A stretch of 61,689 nucleotides of DNA, from positions 1 through 61,689 of the IMG/VR virus record IMGVR_UViG_3300011113_000660. One strand, written 5' to 3'. The DNA is from a virus. Lineage: Duplodnaviria > Caudoviricetes. Below, piece after piece: positions 37,930 to 48,064 of the stretch. Numbering within the stretch: the stretch's first letter is position 1; each line of letters opens with the position of its first letter. Under the pieces are notes generated by a model. That model saw only the letters and a program-made list of their open reading frames with translations. It did no database searches and was not told the origin of the DNA. A program made the position numbers and the translations under genes.

Positions 37930-38588
37930 TTATTGGAGTATGCGGACTCATAGGCGCTGGCAAAGATACCATAGCAGACTACCTGGTAAACATTCACCAA
38001 TTCCGACGAGAAAGTTTTGCCAACACTCTTAAAGATGCTGTGAGTTCAGTGTTTGGCTGGGATCGTGAACTGTTAGAAGGACGCACCCGTCACAGCAGAG
38101 AGTGGCGCGAACAGGTAGATACCTGGTGGGCAGACCGCCTGGACATGCCCGATCTGACTCCTAGATGGGTGCTACAGTATTGGGGCACCGAAGTTGTGCG
38201 CAGAGGGTTTCATGACGATACCTGGATAGCCAGCCTGGAAAATAAACTGCGCAAAACCACCGACGATGTGGTCATTAGTGACTGTAGGTTTCCCAACGAA
38301 ATAGCCGCGATCAAGCGTGCTGGCGGCACAGTGATCAGAGTACATCGCGGTCCGGATCCAGCATGGTATCACTTGGCAGAAACAGTGAATTCTGGACCGC
38401 ACAATATGACCTGGACCACGGCAAAAATAGCCTTGGAAAAATACAACATACATGCTTCGGAAACTGCCTGGATTGGCACAGATTTTGATGCTGTCATAGA
38501 CAACAACTCCACCATGGATCATTTGTACAGACAGGTCAACGATCTGGTTCAAGATCTCCTGGCGTCCAAGGGCGATCCAGGCGTTTGA
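37926..38588 (+). CDS. 1: Deoxynucleoside monophosphate kinase (T4 gp1-like)
   Basis: GLIGAGKDT, FA..LK, TPR.VLQ..GTE, ISDCRFPNE and HASE. Confidence 0.93.
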   Translation: MIIGVCGLIGAGKDTIADYLVNIHQFRRESFANTLKDAVSSVFGWDRELLEGRTRHSREWREQVDTWWADRLDMPDLTPRWVLQYWGTEVVRRGFHDDTWIASLENKLRKTTDDVVISDCRFPNEIAAIKRAGGTVIRVHRGPDPAWYHLAETVNSGPHNMTWTTAKIALEKYNIHASETAWIGTDFDAVIDNNSTMDHLYRQVNDLVQDLLASKGDPGV

Positions 38589-38880
38589 TTTCTTCCACGC
38601 AGTTCAAGCATACAGTTTTTAGATTACGCAAACTAGTATTGTGTTGATTACCATCTACATGATATACCACTAGCTGGCTGGCATATCGACTTCTAAATCC
38701 ACACCGATCACAAGCAATTTTTTTCTTGTAACCAGCAGATCGCCATCTAGGTTCTGGCGGCCGGACTTTGCGTCCTCGCTTGATACAGTATTCACACAAT
38801 CTACGATATTGTATGCAATGATCTTTGTGATAGGCCACAGCTCTAGGACGTTGATTGCAGGCCAAACACATGGGTCTCAT
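38536..38880 (-). CDS. Small Zn-binding HNH endonuclease-like protein
   Basis: CxxC pairs and HVDGN..N....NL..VC.NC; TAAATA at 38885-38890 (minus strand) 4 nt before ATG 38880. Confidence 0.75.
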   Translation of the reverse strand: MRPMCLACNQRPRAVAYHKDHCIQYRRLCEYCIKRGRKVRPPEPRWRSAGYKKKIACDRCGFRSRYASQLVVYHVDGNQHNTSLRNLKTVCLNCVEEIKRLDRPWTPGDLEPDR

Positions 38881-38943
38881 GCTGTATTTATGCACAAAAC
38901 CTACTAAGTAGGGACTCTATATACCCAAGTTTTTTACTTTTTC

Positions 38944-38951
38944 TATAAATA
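38944..38951 (+). promoter_or_regulatory. Full T4 late promoter consensus TATAAATA
   Basis: Exact consensus upstream of the sheath gene. Confidence 0.8.
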
Positions 38952-38977
38952 TCAATAACTAGAAAAAAGGATTTACC

Positions 38978-41900
38978 ATGGCACTTATATCACCAGGCGT
39001 AGAAGTCACAGTCATTGACGAAAGTCAATATATTCCTGCCGCTACAAACTCGGTCCCTTACATCTTATTGGCCACCGCACAGAACAAGGTTTCTGGTGCA
39101 GGTGTGGGCGTAGCCGCTGGCACCTTGGCTGCCAATGCCAATAGAATATACCTGATCGACAGCCAACGCGATCTGGCCAACACTTTTGGTGTACCTTTCT
39201 TTTACAAGACCACAGCAGGAACCCCTATCAACGGCTACGAGCTCAACGAATATGGTCTGTTGGCCGCCTATAGTGCCCTGGGCATAACCAACCGTGCTTA
39301 TATACAGCGTGCAGACATTGACTTGGCTGCACTCACAGCAAGTCTAACACGTCCCACTGGCAGTCCTGATAACGGTACATACTGGTTAGACACAGCCAAC
39401 AGTCTGTGGGGTATTTTCCAGTGGAATCAGACCACCAACGCATTTACCAACCAGATTCCTCTAGTAATTACTGATGCTACAGATCTCGAGGGTTCTACTA
39501 CAGTACCTTTGCAGAGCATAGGTTCCATAGGCAATTATGCTATTACCGCTACAAATATATTTAATCCTGGCTACTTCAAGCGAGGTGGTCCTACAGTTGA
39601 TCAGACCACAGCCACTGACCTCAGCGACATTTACAATACCTGGGTTGAGGTTGGCAGCGACGATTGGAAAACGGCCTGGCCCACAGTGCAAGGAACCTTG
39701 GCTCCTGTATCATTGACAGCAAATAACACCGTTGTAATCAACGGTACCACAGTGACGGTACCCGCTAGTCCCAACAACACCGTAGAAGGACTCAGCAATG
39801 CCATTAATACTGCCAGCATCACAGGAGTATATTCTGCTTTTATTGATGACAAACTGCAGATCTATGCTGACAGCACAGCCACAGCTGATGATTCTACCGG
39901 TGGTGAAGGTGCTGTAGAAATCATCAACGGTACAGGCACACCCTTGGCAGATCTAGGTATCACTGCGCAGACATACTATGCACCAGCTTTCTTGGCAGCC
40001 TACAGTTTCCAAGCACCCAGATGGCGTGCCACCGATGTCCAACCGGAACCCACTGGCAGCGTATGGCAAAAGATCAACAATGTGAATCTAGGTGCCAATC
40101 TTGTGATTAAAAAATATAACAGCACTCTAGGAGCTTTTGTTCAACAGGCCTGCAACATCTACACAAGTACCAGTGCTGCTACCTATGCCCTGGATCCTGC
40201 TGGTGGTGGACAGAACATTCCTGCAGGAACCACAATCGCACATACCAATCCAGAGTTTAATACGCCAGACACCCTTGGTTTAGAAATACTTGAAAGATAT
40301 GCTACCGGTGCTGCTGTTTATACTGGTTCAGACGAATCACCTGGGCCTTTTGTCATCGGCAACACCTTTAACATACAGGCTACTATACCCGGGCAGGCAA
40401 CGCCAGAACAGGCTGTCACAGCAACATTGGCTGGTACAGCCGCCACGGATTTTATTACAGCAGTGAGTGCGGCAGTAGGATCATCAACATTTGCCAGTTA
40501 TGTATCAGCTACCATAAACTCATCTGGAGCCATAGTGTTTACACACTCTGCCGGCGGCGATATCATATTGAACAACAGCACAGGCTCACCGGTGACCACA
40601 GCAGGTTTTACTACAAGTACAACGTTTGTGCGGTCTGCTCCAAACAACGGCTTATATCTCAGTTATTTTGTAGACACACCCACATTCACTTATACGGCCA
40701 GTGCAACAGCACCTGATCAAGATCCAAATGATGGAACCTACTGGTATTATTCAGCTACAACTCAAGCGGACATCATGATCAACAACAACGGAGCCTGGCG
40801 TGGTTATCAGAATGTCAGCAATGATGTGCGTGGCGACAATTTGACATTGACCAATGCCTCGGGTCCTATATTTTCCACCACTGCACCATCTACACAAAAT
40901 AACACAGCATTGAGTCCGTTGGTGTACGGAGACCTCTGGATCGACACCGCAGATCTGGAAAATTATCCGGTGATTTATCGCTGGTCAAATGTGGAAGGGG
41001 CAGATCAGTGGGTGCAGTTGGACAACACCGACCAGACCACACAAAACGGCATATTATTTGCAGATGCACGCTGGGCTCCAAATGGCACCACCAATCCCAT
41101 CACCGACGCCATACCCACAATTACCAGCCTGTTAACCTCTAACTACAAGGACTTGGATGCTCCAGAAGCAGATCTGTATCCACAGGGCATGTTGTTGTTT
41201 AACACACGGCGTAGTGGGTTCAATGTCAAGAGCTTCCAGGTAGACTATTTCAATACCACAGATTTTCCAGTGAATATTTGGGATTCTACCACTGCCTATG
41301 TACCAAATAATTTTGTAAACTACAACGGTGTGATCTATGTGTGTATCCTGGCACCCACAGCCAATCAAGCACCGACCAATACCACATATTGGGCCGCCAT
41401 TGAAACTAATGCCTGGGTCACAGCTTCGGGAAACAAGGCTTCAGGAGCACCTTACATGGGTCGCCAGGCACAACGTGCCATCATCGTGGCCGCACTCAAG
41501 AGTGGCATTGATGCCAACATCGAAATACGTGAGGAACAACGTCAGTTCAACTTGATTGCCTGCCCACAGTATCCAGAACTCATACCTAACATGGTCGAAC
41601 TCAACAACGACCGCAGAAACACAGCCTTTGTGATTGGTGACACACCTTTGCGCCTGGGTCCTTCGGGCAATGATATCACAGCCTGGGTGACCAACAATGG
41701 CGGAACCGGCACAGCCACTGAAGACGGTTTATCCACAGGAGATGTGTATCTTGGTGTGTTTTACCCCAGCTGTCAGACCACAGATCTTTCAGGAAGTCCG
41801 GTGGTACAACCTCCTAGCCACATGATGATCAGAACTATCATACGCAGTGACGAAGTGGCTTTCCCCTGGTTGGCACCTGCTGGCACACGACGTGGTGTCG

Positions 41901-42424
41901 TAGACAATGCTGCTAGGATTGGCTATGTCAACGGAACCACTGGCGAGTTTGAAACCATAGGTGTTAGCCAAAGCCTGCGCGATATCCTGTATCAGGTAGA
42001 CATCAATCCAATTACATTTGTGCCGGGCATAGGTATCACCAACTTTGGCAACAAGACGGTGACAGCTGCAACCACAGCACTTGATCGCATCAACGTGGCA
42101 CGTTTGGTGGCATTCATACGCGGCAGGCTGCAGGAAATTGGCAACACATTCTTGTTTGAACCCAATGATCAGATCACCCGTAATGAGATACAGAATTCCA
42201 TCAACAGTTTGATGATCGACTTGGTTAACAAGCGTGGTATCTATGACTACTTGGTAGTGTGCGATCTTACAAACAACACGCCAGCCCGTATAGATGCCAA
42301 CGAGCTGTGGGTAGATATTGCTATTGAACCGGTCAAAGCAGTTGAATTCATCTATATTCCTCTGCGCATCAAGAATACTGGAGAGATTGCAACCAGCATC
42401 AGCACCGTGGCAACGGCGGCTTGA
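38978..42424 (+). CDS. 18: Tail sheath protein (T4 gp18), enlarged to 1148 aa
   Basis: SPGVEV..IDES, FPWLAPAG..RG, INPI.F, FGNKT, DRINVARL, FEPND..TR and CD..NNTP..ID.NE. Confidence 0.95.
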   Translation: MALISPGVEVTVIDESQYIPAATNSVPYILLATAQNKVSGAGVGVAAGTLAANANRIYLIDSQRDLANTFGVPFFYKTTAGTPINGYELNEYGLLAAYSALGITNRAYIQRADIDLAALTASLTRPTGSPDNGTYWLDTANSLWGIFQWNQTTNAFTNQIPLVITDATDLEGSTTVPLQSIGSIGNYAITATNIFNPGYFKRGGPTVDQTTATDLSDIYNTWVEVGSDDWKTAWPTVQGTLAPVSLTANNTVVINGTTVTVPASPNNTVEGLSNAINTASITGVYSAFIDDKLQIYADSTATADDSTGGEGAVEIINGTGTPLADLGITAQTYYAPAFLAAYSFQAPRWRATDVQPEPTGSVWQKINNVNLGANLVIKKYNSTLGAFVQQACNIYTSTSAATYALDPAGGGQNIPAGTTIAHTNPEFNTPDTLGLEILERYATGAAVYTGSDESPGPFVIGNTFNIQATIPGQATPEQAVTATLAGTAATDFITAVSAAVGSSTFASYVSATINSSGAIVFTHSAGGDIILNNSTGSPVTTAGFTTSTTFVRSAPNNGLYLSYFVDTPTFTYTASATAPDQDPNDGTYWYYSATTQADIMINNNGAWRGYQNVSNDVRGDNLTLTNASGPIFSTTAPSTQNNTALSPLVYGDLWIDTADLENYPVIYRWSNVEGADQWVQLDNTDQTTQNGILFADARWAPNGTTNPITDAIPTITSLLTSNYKDLDAPEADLYPQGMLLFNTRRSGFNVKSFQVDYFNTTDFPVNIWDSTTAYVPNNFVNYNGVIYVCILAPTANQAPTNTTYWAAIETNAWVTASGNKASGAPYMGRQAQRAIIVAALKSGIDANIEIREEQRQFNLIACPQYPELIPNMVELNNDRRNTAFVIGDTPLRLGPSGNDITAWVTNNGGTGTATEDGLSTGDVYLGVFYPSCQTTDLSGSPVVQPPSHMMIRTIIRSDEVAFPWLAPAGTRRGVVDNAARIGYVNGTTGEFETIGVSQSLRDILYQVDINPITFVPGIGITNFGNKTVTAATTALDRINVARLVAFIRGRLQEIGNTFLFEPNDQITRNEIQNSINSLMIDLVNKRGIYDYLVVCDLTNNTPARIDANELWVDIAIEPVKAVEFIYIPLRIKNTGEIATSISTVATAA

Positions 42425-42471
42425 TACCATGGTACTCAACACCATAAATAAAGTATATAGGAGATAATACC

Positions 42472-43092
42472 ATGGCAGTTTCATCGTTAACCAGAATGAC
42501 AGTGCCTTTGGCCAGTGACCAAAGCAATCCAAACCAGGGCTTGTTGATGCCCAAACTCAAGTATCGCTTTAGAGTGATATTTGAAAACTTTGGAGTCAGC
42601 ACACCACGAACAGAACTTACCAAACAGGTCATGGATTTCACACGCCCACAGGTGGATTTTGCCGACATTGATGTGCCCATTTACAACAGCACAGTGCGCT
42701 TGGCCGGCAAGTATACCTGGAGCGATCTAACTTGTCAGATTCGCGATGATGCTGGTGGCAATGTCAGCCGATTGGTAGGCGAGCAGTTGCAGAAGCAGTT
42801 GGACTTTTCTGAAATGGCCTCGGCTGCTTCGGGCATAGACTACAAGTTCCTGACACGTTTTGAAGTGTTGGACGGCGGCAACGGTGCCGGCGAACCAGTG
42901 GTGTTAGAAAACTGGGAGATCTATGGTTGCTATCTCAAGAGTGTGAACTACAACAACATGGACTATGGTACCAGCGAAGTGGCCACCATAAGCATGACCA
43001 TACGCTTTGACAATGCCAACCAGACTCCAGGACAAGGTGTTGGTACCTTGATTGGTCGCACAGTGGGTGACGTAGCCACCGGAGTAGGCTAA
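42472..43092 (+). CDS. 19: Tail tube protein (T4 gp19-like)
   Basis: Follows the sheath; RFRV.F, LAGK.TW..L....RDD, W.IYGCY......MDY; TAAATA at 42445-42450. Confidence 0.85.
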   Translation: MAVSSLTRMTVPLASDQSNPNQGLLMPKLKYRFRVIFENFGVSTPRTELTKQVMDFTRPQVDFADIDVPIYNSTVRLAGKYTWSDLTCQIRDDAGGNVSRLVGEQLQKQLDFSEMASAASGIDYKFLTRFEVLDGGNGAGEPVVLENWEIYGCYLKSVNYNNMDYGTSEVATISMTIRFDNANQTPGQGVGTLIGRTVGDVATGVG

Positions 43093-43095
43093 ACC

Positions 43096-44304
43096 ATGGC
43101 TTTTGGCCAAGACTTCCTCAAAGGATTTTTTGGCGCGGACGGGTTAAAAACTTACGCTCACGCCAGTAAAACTTTCTTAACTAACGGATACGAACTGGCC
43201 CCCAGGGCCAAGTATCTGTTCCATGTTTATTTCACAGTAAACACCCAACAGGTTCCTGCACTCAAAAACGCTTTTCCCAATCAGGACGTGGCACAGATTG
43301 GACTCATGGTCAAATCTGCACAGTTGCCCAGCTACGAGCTGTCGGTAGAAACACTAAACCAATACAATCGCAAGCGCCTGGCCCAGACCAAGATTGAATA
43401 CAATCCAGTGACCCTGGAGTTCCACGACGATGGTGGAGACCTGGTGCGCAACATGTGGTACAACTATTTCAAGTACTACTACAAGGATGCCAGCCAACAG
43501 TATGACAATGCCAGTGCCACCAATGGCAGCATGGCAGCCATGATACAGAGTCCGGTGGGTTTCAGCTACAACAACCGTGATATCTATGACAATCAACGCT
43601 ATGTCAACGACTGGGGCTACATTGGTGAATCCTACACAGATGGCGTGCCTGGAGCAGGTCCCACCACCAGCAAACCACCGTTTTTTCGCGACATCAGAAT
43701 TTATGGATTGAACCAGCGCAGATTTGCCGAGTATATCTTGATCAACCCCATGATCACCAACTGGACACATGACACCTACGACTACAGTGCCGGCAACGGC
43801 ATCATGAACAATCGCATGACCATACGCTATGAAACTGTGAAATACTACACTGGAGCCGTGGGCGGTGTAAGGCCCGATACCAACGTGGTGGGCTTTGCAG
43901 ATCCAGCCTACTATGACACTGTGCCCAGTGCCTTGGCCCGACCTGGAGCCACCCAGACTGTGCTGGGCCAAGGTGGCTTGCTGGATGCCGGCATTGGCAT
44001 AGTGGAAGATCTACAGAGTGGTGGAGTGGCTGGCCTGATCGGTGCGGCACAAAAAGCCGGCACGGCCTATTTCACATTCAAAGACAAAAACATCAGAAGC
44101 ATAGTCAACGAAGAAGTCAATCAAGGTGCCAGAAACATCATACGTGGCACCCTGCCTGGAGCAGTGCGCGGAGTCATTGGCAGCACAGTACAGTCGCCCA
44201 ATGCCGTGGGCTTGCCCACACCCAATCGTGGACAACTGGACGGCATATTCTTTCCCACAGCACCACGTAGCACCAACACCCCACCGTTTTATCCAGGAAG
44301 CTGA
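43096..44304 (+). CDS. Tube-fold baseplate/tail-tube initiator-like protein (gp48/gp54-like)
   Basis: VKSAQLPS, YNPVTLEFHDD...W..Y and MTIRYE motifs of the gp19 fold; adjacent to the tube gene. Confidence 0.55.
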   Translation: MAFGQDFLKGFFGADGLKTYAHASKTFLTNGYELAPRAKYLFHVYFTVNTQQVPALKNAFPNQDVAQIGLMVKSAQLPSYELSVETLNQYNRKRLAQTKIEYNPVTLEFHDDGGDLVRNMWYNYFKYYYKDASQQYDNASATNGSMAAMIQSPVGFSYNNRDIYDNQRYVNDWGYIGESYTDGVPGAGPTTSKPPFFRDIRIYGLNQRRFAEYILINPMITNWTHDTYDYSAGNGIMNNRMTIRYETVKYYTGAVGGVRPDTNVVGFADPAYYDTVPSALARPGATQTVLGQGGLLDAGIGIVEDLQSGGVAGLIGAAQKAGTAYFTFKDKNIRSIVNEEVNQGARNIIRGTLPGAVRGVIGSTVQSPNAVGLPTPNRGQLDGIFFPTAPRSTNTPPFYPGS

Positions 44305-44306
44305 TC

Positions 44307-44672
44307 GTGCCCACCGTCAATGAAATCAACCCCAGTATAGATCAAACAGTCAGGATCTTTGATCAGTTCTACAACTATTCGGCCAACGTGCCTGCTGAAG
44401 AATATGATGCTGTGCTCAGCTACTTCAAGAGTGTGTTTACCACGGTCTTGGCCGCTGAAAACTTTACCAGCAGCCTGTTCCGTGTGGCCCAAGAAACCAA
44501 TCAAAGTGCGCTGACCCTGTTGCAGACTTTCCAGGAAGGCGGACAAAGTGCTCCAGAAATTACCGTACTCATGGCCTACTATCTCAACAGTGTGCGCAGT
44601 CCTGCCACCTTGTTGGGCGTGCTCACACCCACACAACCCAATTTCTATGCTGCCAGGAATGTGAGAGCATGA
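44307..44672 (+). CDS. Hypothetical (probably structural) protein
   Basis: 121-aa ORF with GTG start in the tail operon. Confidence 0.65.
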   Translation: MPTVNEINPSIDQTVRIFDQFYNYSANVPAEEYDAVLSYFKSVFTTVLAAENFTSSLFRVAQETNQSALTLLQTFQEGGQSAPEITVLMAYYLNSVRSPATLLGVLTPTQPNFYAARNVRA

Positions 44673-44673
44673 C

Positions 44674-45117
44674 ATGGCCAACTTCAGACAGGGCGTGTAC
44701 ACAGTAAGGAATCCTGGCAAGTATGTGGGCAAAGGTACACCCAGATACAGATCGGGCTGGGAGCTAACTTTTATGATGTTTCTTGACAGCAACGACAACA
44801 TCGTGCAATGGGCCAGCGAAAGCATCAGCATACCCTACAGAAATCCCATCACAGGAAAACAGAGCATGTATGTGCCAGATTTTTTCGTGACCTATCGTGG
44901 ACGTGACAACACCACCCGTGCCGAACTGATAGAAATCAAACCCAAAAAACAAAGCCTGATCGAAAGCCGAATGACCGACCGAGATCGTGCCATAGTAGCA
45001 GTGAACTACGCCAAGTGGGATTCTGCAACCAAATGGGCACGGCGCAACGGACTCACATTTAGAGTAATCAACGAAGATCAGATATTCCATCAAGGCAGCA
45101 AAAAGACCGGTAAATAG
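44674..45117 (+). CDS. 4: Head completion nuclease (T4 gp4, TnsA-like)
   Basis: NP.KY.G...YRS.WE, WASE..IPY, Y.PDF, IEIKP and N.AKW. Confidence 0.92.
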   Translation: MANFRQGVYTVRNPGKYVGKGTPRYRSGWELTFMMFLDSNDNIVQWASESISIPYRNPITGKQSMYVPDFFVTYRGRDNTTRAELIEIKPKKQSLIESRMTDRDRAIVAVNYAKWDSATKWARRNGLTFRVINEDQIFHQGSKKTGK

Positions 45118-45120
45118 GTC

Positions 45121-45621
45121 ATGACACGAAAATTGGAAGAACTTTTTGACTTTCCGCCTAGTGGCAGCGAAAGCGAGCCCACTGAATCCACGGCCACAGC
45201 CGAACAAACCCGTAGCCAGTTGGCGCAGATAGACGCCACCATAGACAAGATTGATGCGGCCTTGCCCATGGTGCGTGATCTGGAAACCGGAGATGGCGAA
45301 CTGGATGACTTGGCCAACATGGCCAAAGAAAGCTACGACAACTTGATGGATCTGGGCATGCAGGTGGACAGCCGTTATGCCAGTGAAATATTTGCTGTGG
45401 CTGGGACCATGCTGGGCCATGCGCTCACAGCCAAGACAGCCAAGTTGAACAAAAAACTGAAAATGGTAGATCTACAGTTGAAAAAGATGAAAATGGATCA
45501 GGACCAGGCCAGCAAGGGTGGTGATCAAGCTGTGGAAACAGCACACGGACAAGTGTTGAGTCGCAACGATTTGTTGGAACGACTCATGAGCACAAGAGAC
45601 CAAAACAATAACAAAGCATAA
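45121..45621 (+). CDS. 16: Terminase small subunit (T4 gp16-like)
   Basis: Helical/coiled-coil, follows gp4, C-terminal SRNDLL; TAAATA 4 nt before the ATG. Confidence 0.55.
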   Translation: MTRKLEELFDFPPSGSESEPTESTATAEQTRSQLAQIDATIDKIDAALPMVRDLETGDGELDDLANMAKESYDNLMDLGMQVDSRYASEIFAVAGTMLGHALTAKTAKLNKKLKMVDLQLKKMKMDQDQASKGGDQAVETAHGQVLSRNDLLERLMSTRDQNNNKA

Positions 45622-45642
45622 ATATCGTATAGGGATACAAAT

Positions 45643-46251
45643 ATGAAAAATTTTCAAGAATACCTGGCCGAAAGCCAAAGAACCTACAACTATCGCGTGA
45701 AAATCGTGGGTGATGTAGAGCCTGCTTTTGTAAAGGCACTGGAAGAAAAGCTCAAACAGTTTGACCCAGTCAAGGTGTCAGCTGTGAAGAAAACTCCTAT
45801 CCAGCTCAAGCCTGCAGACTTTCCTGCAGCCGCCAATGAAAGCGTCAGCTCCATGGAGTGTGAATTCCGTTATCCAGCCATTGAGCCACAGATCCAACAG
45901 ATCGCCCAATTGCTGGGACTTGATCCCAACCGTATCCGTTTGTTGACCACACCCTATGAAGAAAGTGTAGATGTGGAACGTGAGCGTGTGGAAGAAGAAA
46001 ACAAAGATCTGCTGACCGACACCGACTATCCTGCTCCCAACGCAGAACAAAAAGCACTCAGCAAAGATTATTCAGCTGAACCACATGATCATGCTGTGTT
46101 GAAGAATGCCTACCGCAGTGAGTTTACTGTGGCTGGTGGCAAGACACCGCCTGCCAAGACCACAAATGATTTACCAATGGGAACTTCAAGTCCCATGACC
46201 AAAGTAAAACGCCCACCACGACCAGCCACCGGTGCCAACCCAAAAGGATAA
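45643..46251 (+). CDS. Putative head internal protein with capsid-targeting-like N-terminus
   Basis: MKNFQEYLAE resembles the T4 IP signal MKTYQEFIAE; TAAATA at 45619-45624. Confidence 0.55.
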   Translation: MKNFQEYLAESQRTYNYRVKIVGDVEPAFVKALEEKLKQFDPVKVSAVKKTPIQLKPADFPAAANESVSSMECEFRYPAIEPQIQQIAQLLGLDPNRIRLLTTPYEESVDVERERVEEENKDLLTDTDYPAPNAEQKALSKDYSAEPHDHAVLKNAYRSEFTVAGGKTPPAKTTNDLPMGTSSPMTKVKRPPRPATGANPKG

Positions 46252-46255
46252 CAGC

Positions 46256-48064
46256 ATGACATTTTTTTACGACCTAAACAAGAAATTGGCCACACTGTCG
46301 GCCAAACAAGAGCTTGCAGAAAGTGCTCAGCCAGTGGCTGAACGTAGCACTGGAGACTATTCAGCCAAGAAAGCTGCTGCGGGCAAAGACATTGGCAAGC
46401 CTGGCAAGATGTTTTCAAAGATCGCCAAGAGTGCCGGCAAGCGTTATGGCAGCAAAGAGAGTGGAGAAAAAGTTGCCGGCGCTGTGTTGGCCAAACTGCG
46501 TGCCAAAGAAAGCGTAGAAGAAGCCGACATGGATGAGAGTGCATTGCAAGCATATTTGGGCAAGAAAAAATACGGCGAGACTGGTATGAAGGCCCTGCAA
46601 AAGGCTGGACGTGAAGGCGCCAGCAAAGAGACCATGGCCCGGATCCGTGCCAAGCATGACAAGATGGACGAAGCCGACATGGAAGAAGGCAATAAATTCA
46701 CAGGCAACTTGATGAAAGCCCGTGCCGCAGGTTTGAAGAAAGCTGACCTTGACGGTGATGGCGATATGGAAACAGTGCGTGAAGCCGATGTGGTTGGTCT
46801 TGGTGAAAAGAAAAAAGCCAAACCTGACTATATTGATCTTGACAAGGATGGCAACCGCAAAGAAACCATGAAGAAGGCCGCCGCTGACAAAAAGAAAAGC
46901 CGCAGTGCAGGTACAGCATTTGATCCTGAAGTGGCCAAGAGCATGATCACCAAAGATCCACATCCACGCTACGATGTCAAAGACACAGGCTACAGCAAAC
47001 GTTACACAAGAAAAGAAGAACCTGAAGCAGAAAAGGATGATGAAGTAGCATCTGATGCACCAAAGAAAAAAGGTCGTCCAGCTGGTACCAAGCGTGCCAT
47101 TGGCGCCAAAGGCCCCACAGGCCGATCAAAGTTGATGAAGAAAGATTCTATCAAAGAAATGGACGCAGTGTCACTCACTGACAAAGGTGAGTATGATCAA
47201 GAAGGCGACATGGCCAAAGATCAACTACACACCCTGGTCAAAGCTGCCAAAGAACTGCATGGAATCCTAGCCGACGATGACAACTTGCCAGAGTGGGTGC
47301 AATCAAAGATCACCAAGGCACTTGATTATATCAACAGTGCCAATGACTACATGGATCAAGAAAAGCATGACGCAGACAATCCTATTGCCGAAAAAGCTGT
47401 CAGCGTGGCACAACGCAGAGCCGCTGGCATAGCACATGCCGCACAAAAGGGCGAGATTCCCAAAAAAGAACTGCGTGGTGCTAGTAAAGAAATGGCCAAG
47501 ATGCCCAAGGGTGAACTTAAAAAGTTTGCCAAGACCAAAGAAACGGGTCTGCCAGAAAAAGTCAAAGAAGCTGATGCTGAAGCAAAGCCAGCCAAGAAAG
47601 GTGGATTTGAATTTGGCAAAGGCATCTATGAAAGCATGGACTCCAAGTTCCGGCAGGCACTCACAGAAGGCATGAACATTTCAGTAAACATGAACACTGG
47701 CCCCGATGGTCAGCCCAGCAAGAACATCACAGTCAGTGCTGACGGTGAAGATGCTGAAGCCTTGGCCGCATTGTTAAAGATGGCTGGCATCAGCGGTCAC
47801 GACAACGCAGAAAGCTGTGACACCTGTGGCAAAGCACCCTGTGGCTGTGAAGCACTGGACGAGAACTCACCTGACTGGCCCACAAACACAGAAACATCCG
47901 ACAATGCCTTGCAGTATTCGGGCGGCTTGAATGGTCCCAAGAGCACAGGTCAAACAACAGTTCCTGTAATCGCTTCGCAACAAGATCGTTTACATACCAT
48001 GGAAGAGTCAGTAAAACTCGAGCGCGATTTGTTTAGACTTTATCAAAACTACAAAGCCCAATGA
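46256..48064 (+). CDS. Charged modular prohead-core-like polyprotein (contains a DUF3008-like module)
   Basis: Start MTFFYDLNKK. About 15 [LIVM]-x-E sites separating short Lys-rich modules. Confidence 0.6.
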   Translation: MTFFYDLNKKLATLSAKQELAESAQPVAERSTGDYSAKKAAAGKDIGKPGKMFSKIAKSAGKRYGSKESGEKVAGAVLAKLRAKESVEEADMDESALQAYLGKKKYGETGMKALQKAGREGASKETMARIRAKHDKMDEADMEEGNKFTGNLMKARAAGLKKADLDGDGDMETVREADVVGLGEKKKAKPDYIDLDKDGNRKETMKKAAADKKKSRSAGTAFDPEVAKSMITKDPHPRYDVKDTGYSKRYTRKEEPEAEKDDEVASDAPKKKGRPAGTKRAIGAKGPTGRSKLMKKDSIKEMDAVSLTDKGEYDQEGDMAKDQLHTLVKAAKELHGILADDDNLPEWVQSKITKALDYINSANDYMDQEKHDADNPIAEKAVSVAQRRAAGIAHAAQKGEIPKKELRGASKEMAKMPKGELKKFAKTKETGLPEKVKEADAEAKPAKKGGFEFGKGIYESMDSKFRQALTEGMNISVNMNTGPDGQPSKNITVSADGEDAEALAALLKMAGISGHDNAESCDTCGKAPCGCEALDENSPDWPTNTETSDNALQYSGGLNGPKSTGQTTVPVIASQQDRLHTMEESVKLERDLFRLYQNYKAQ

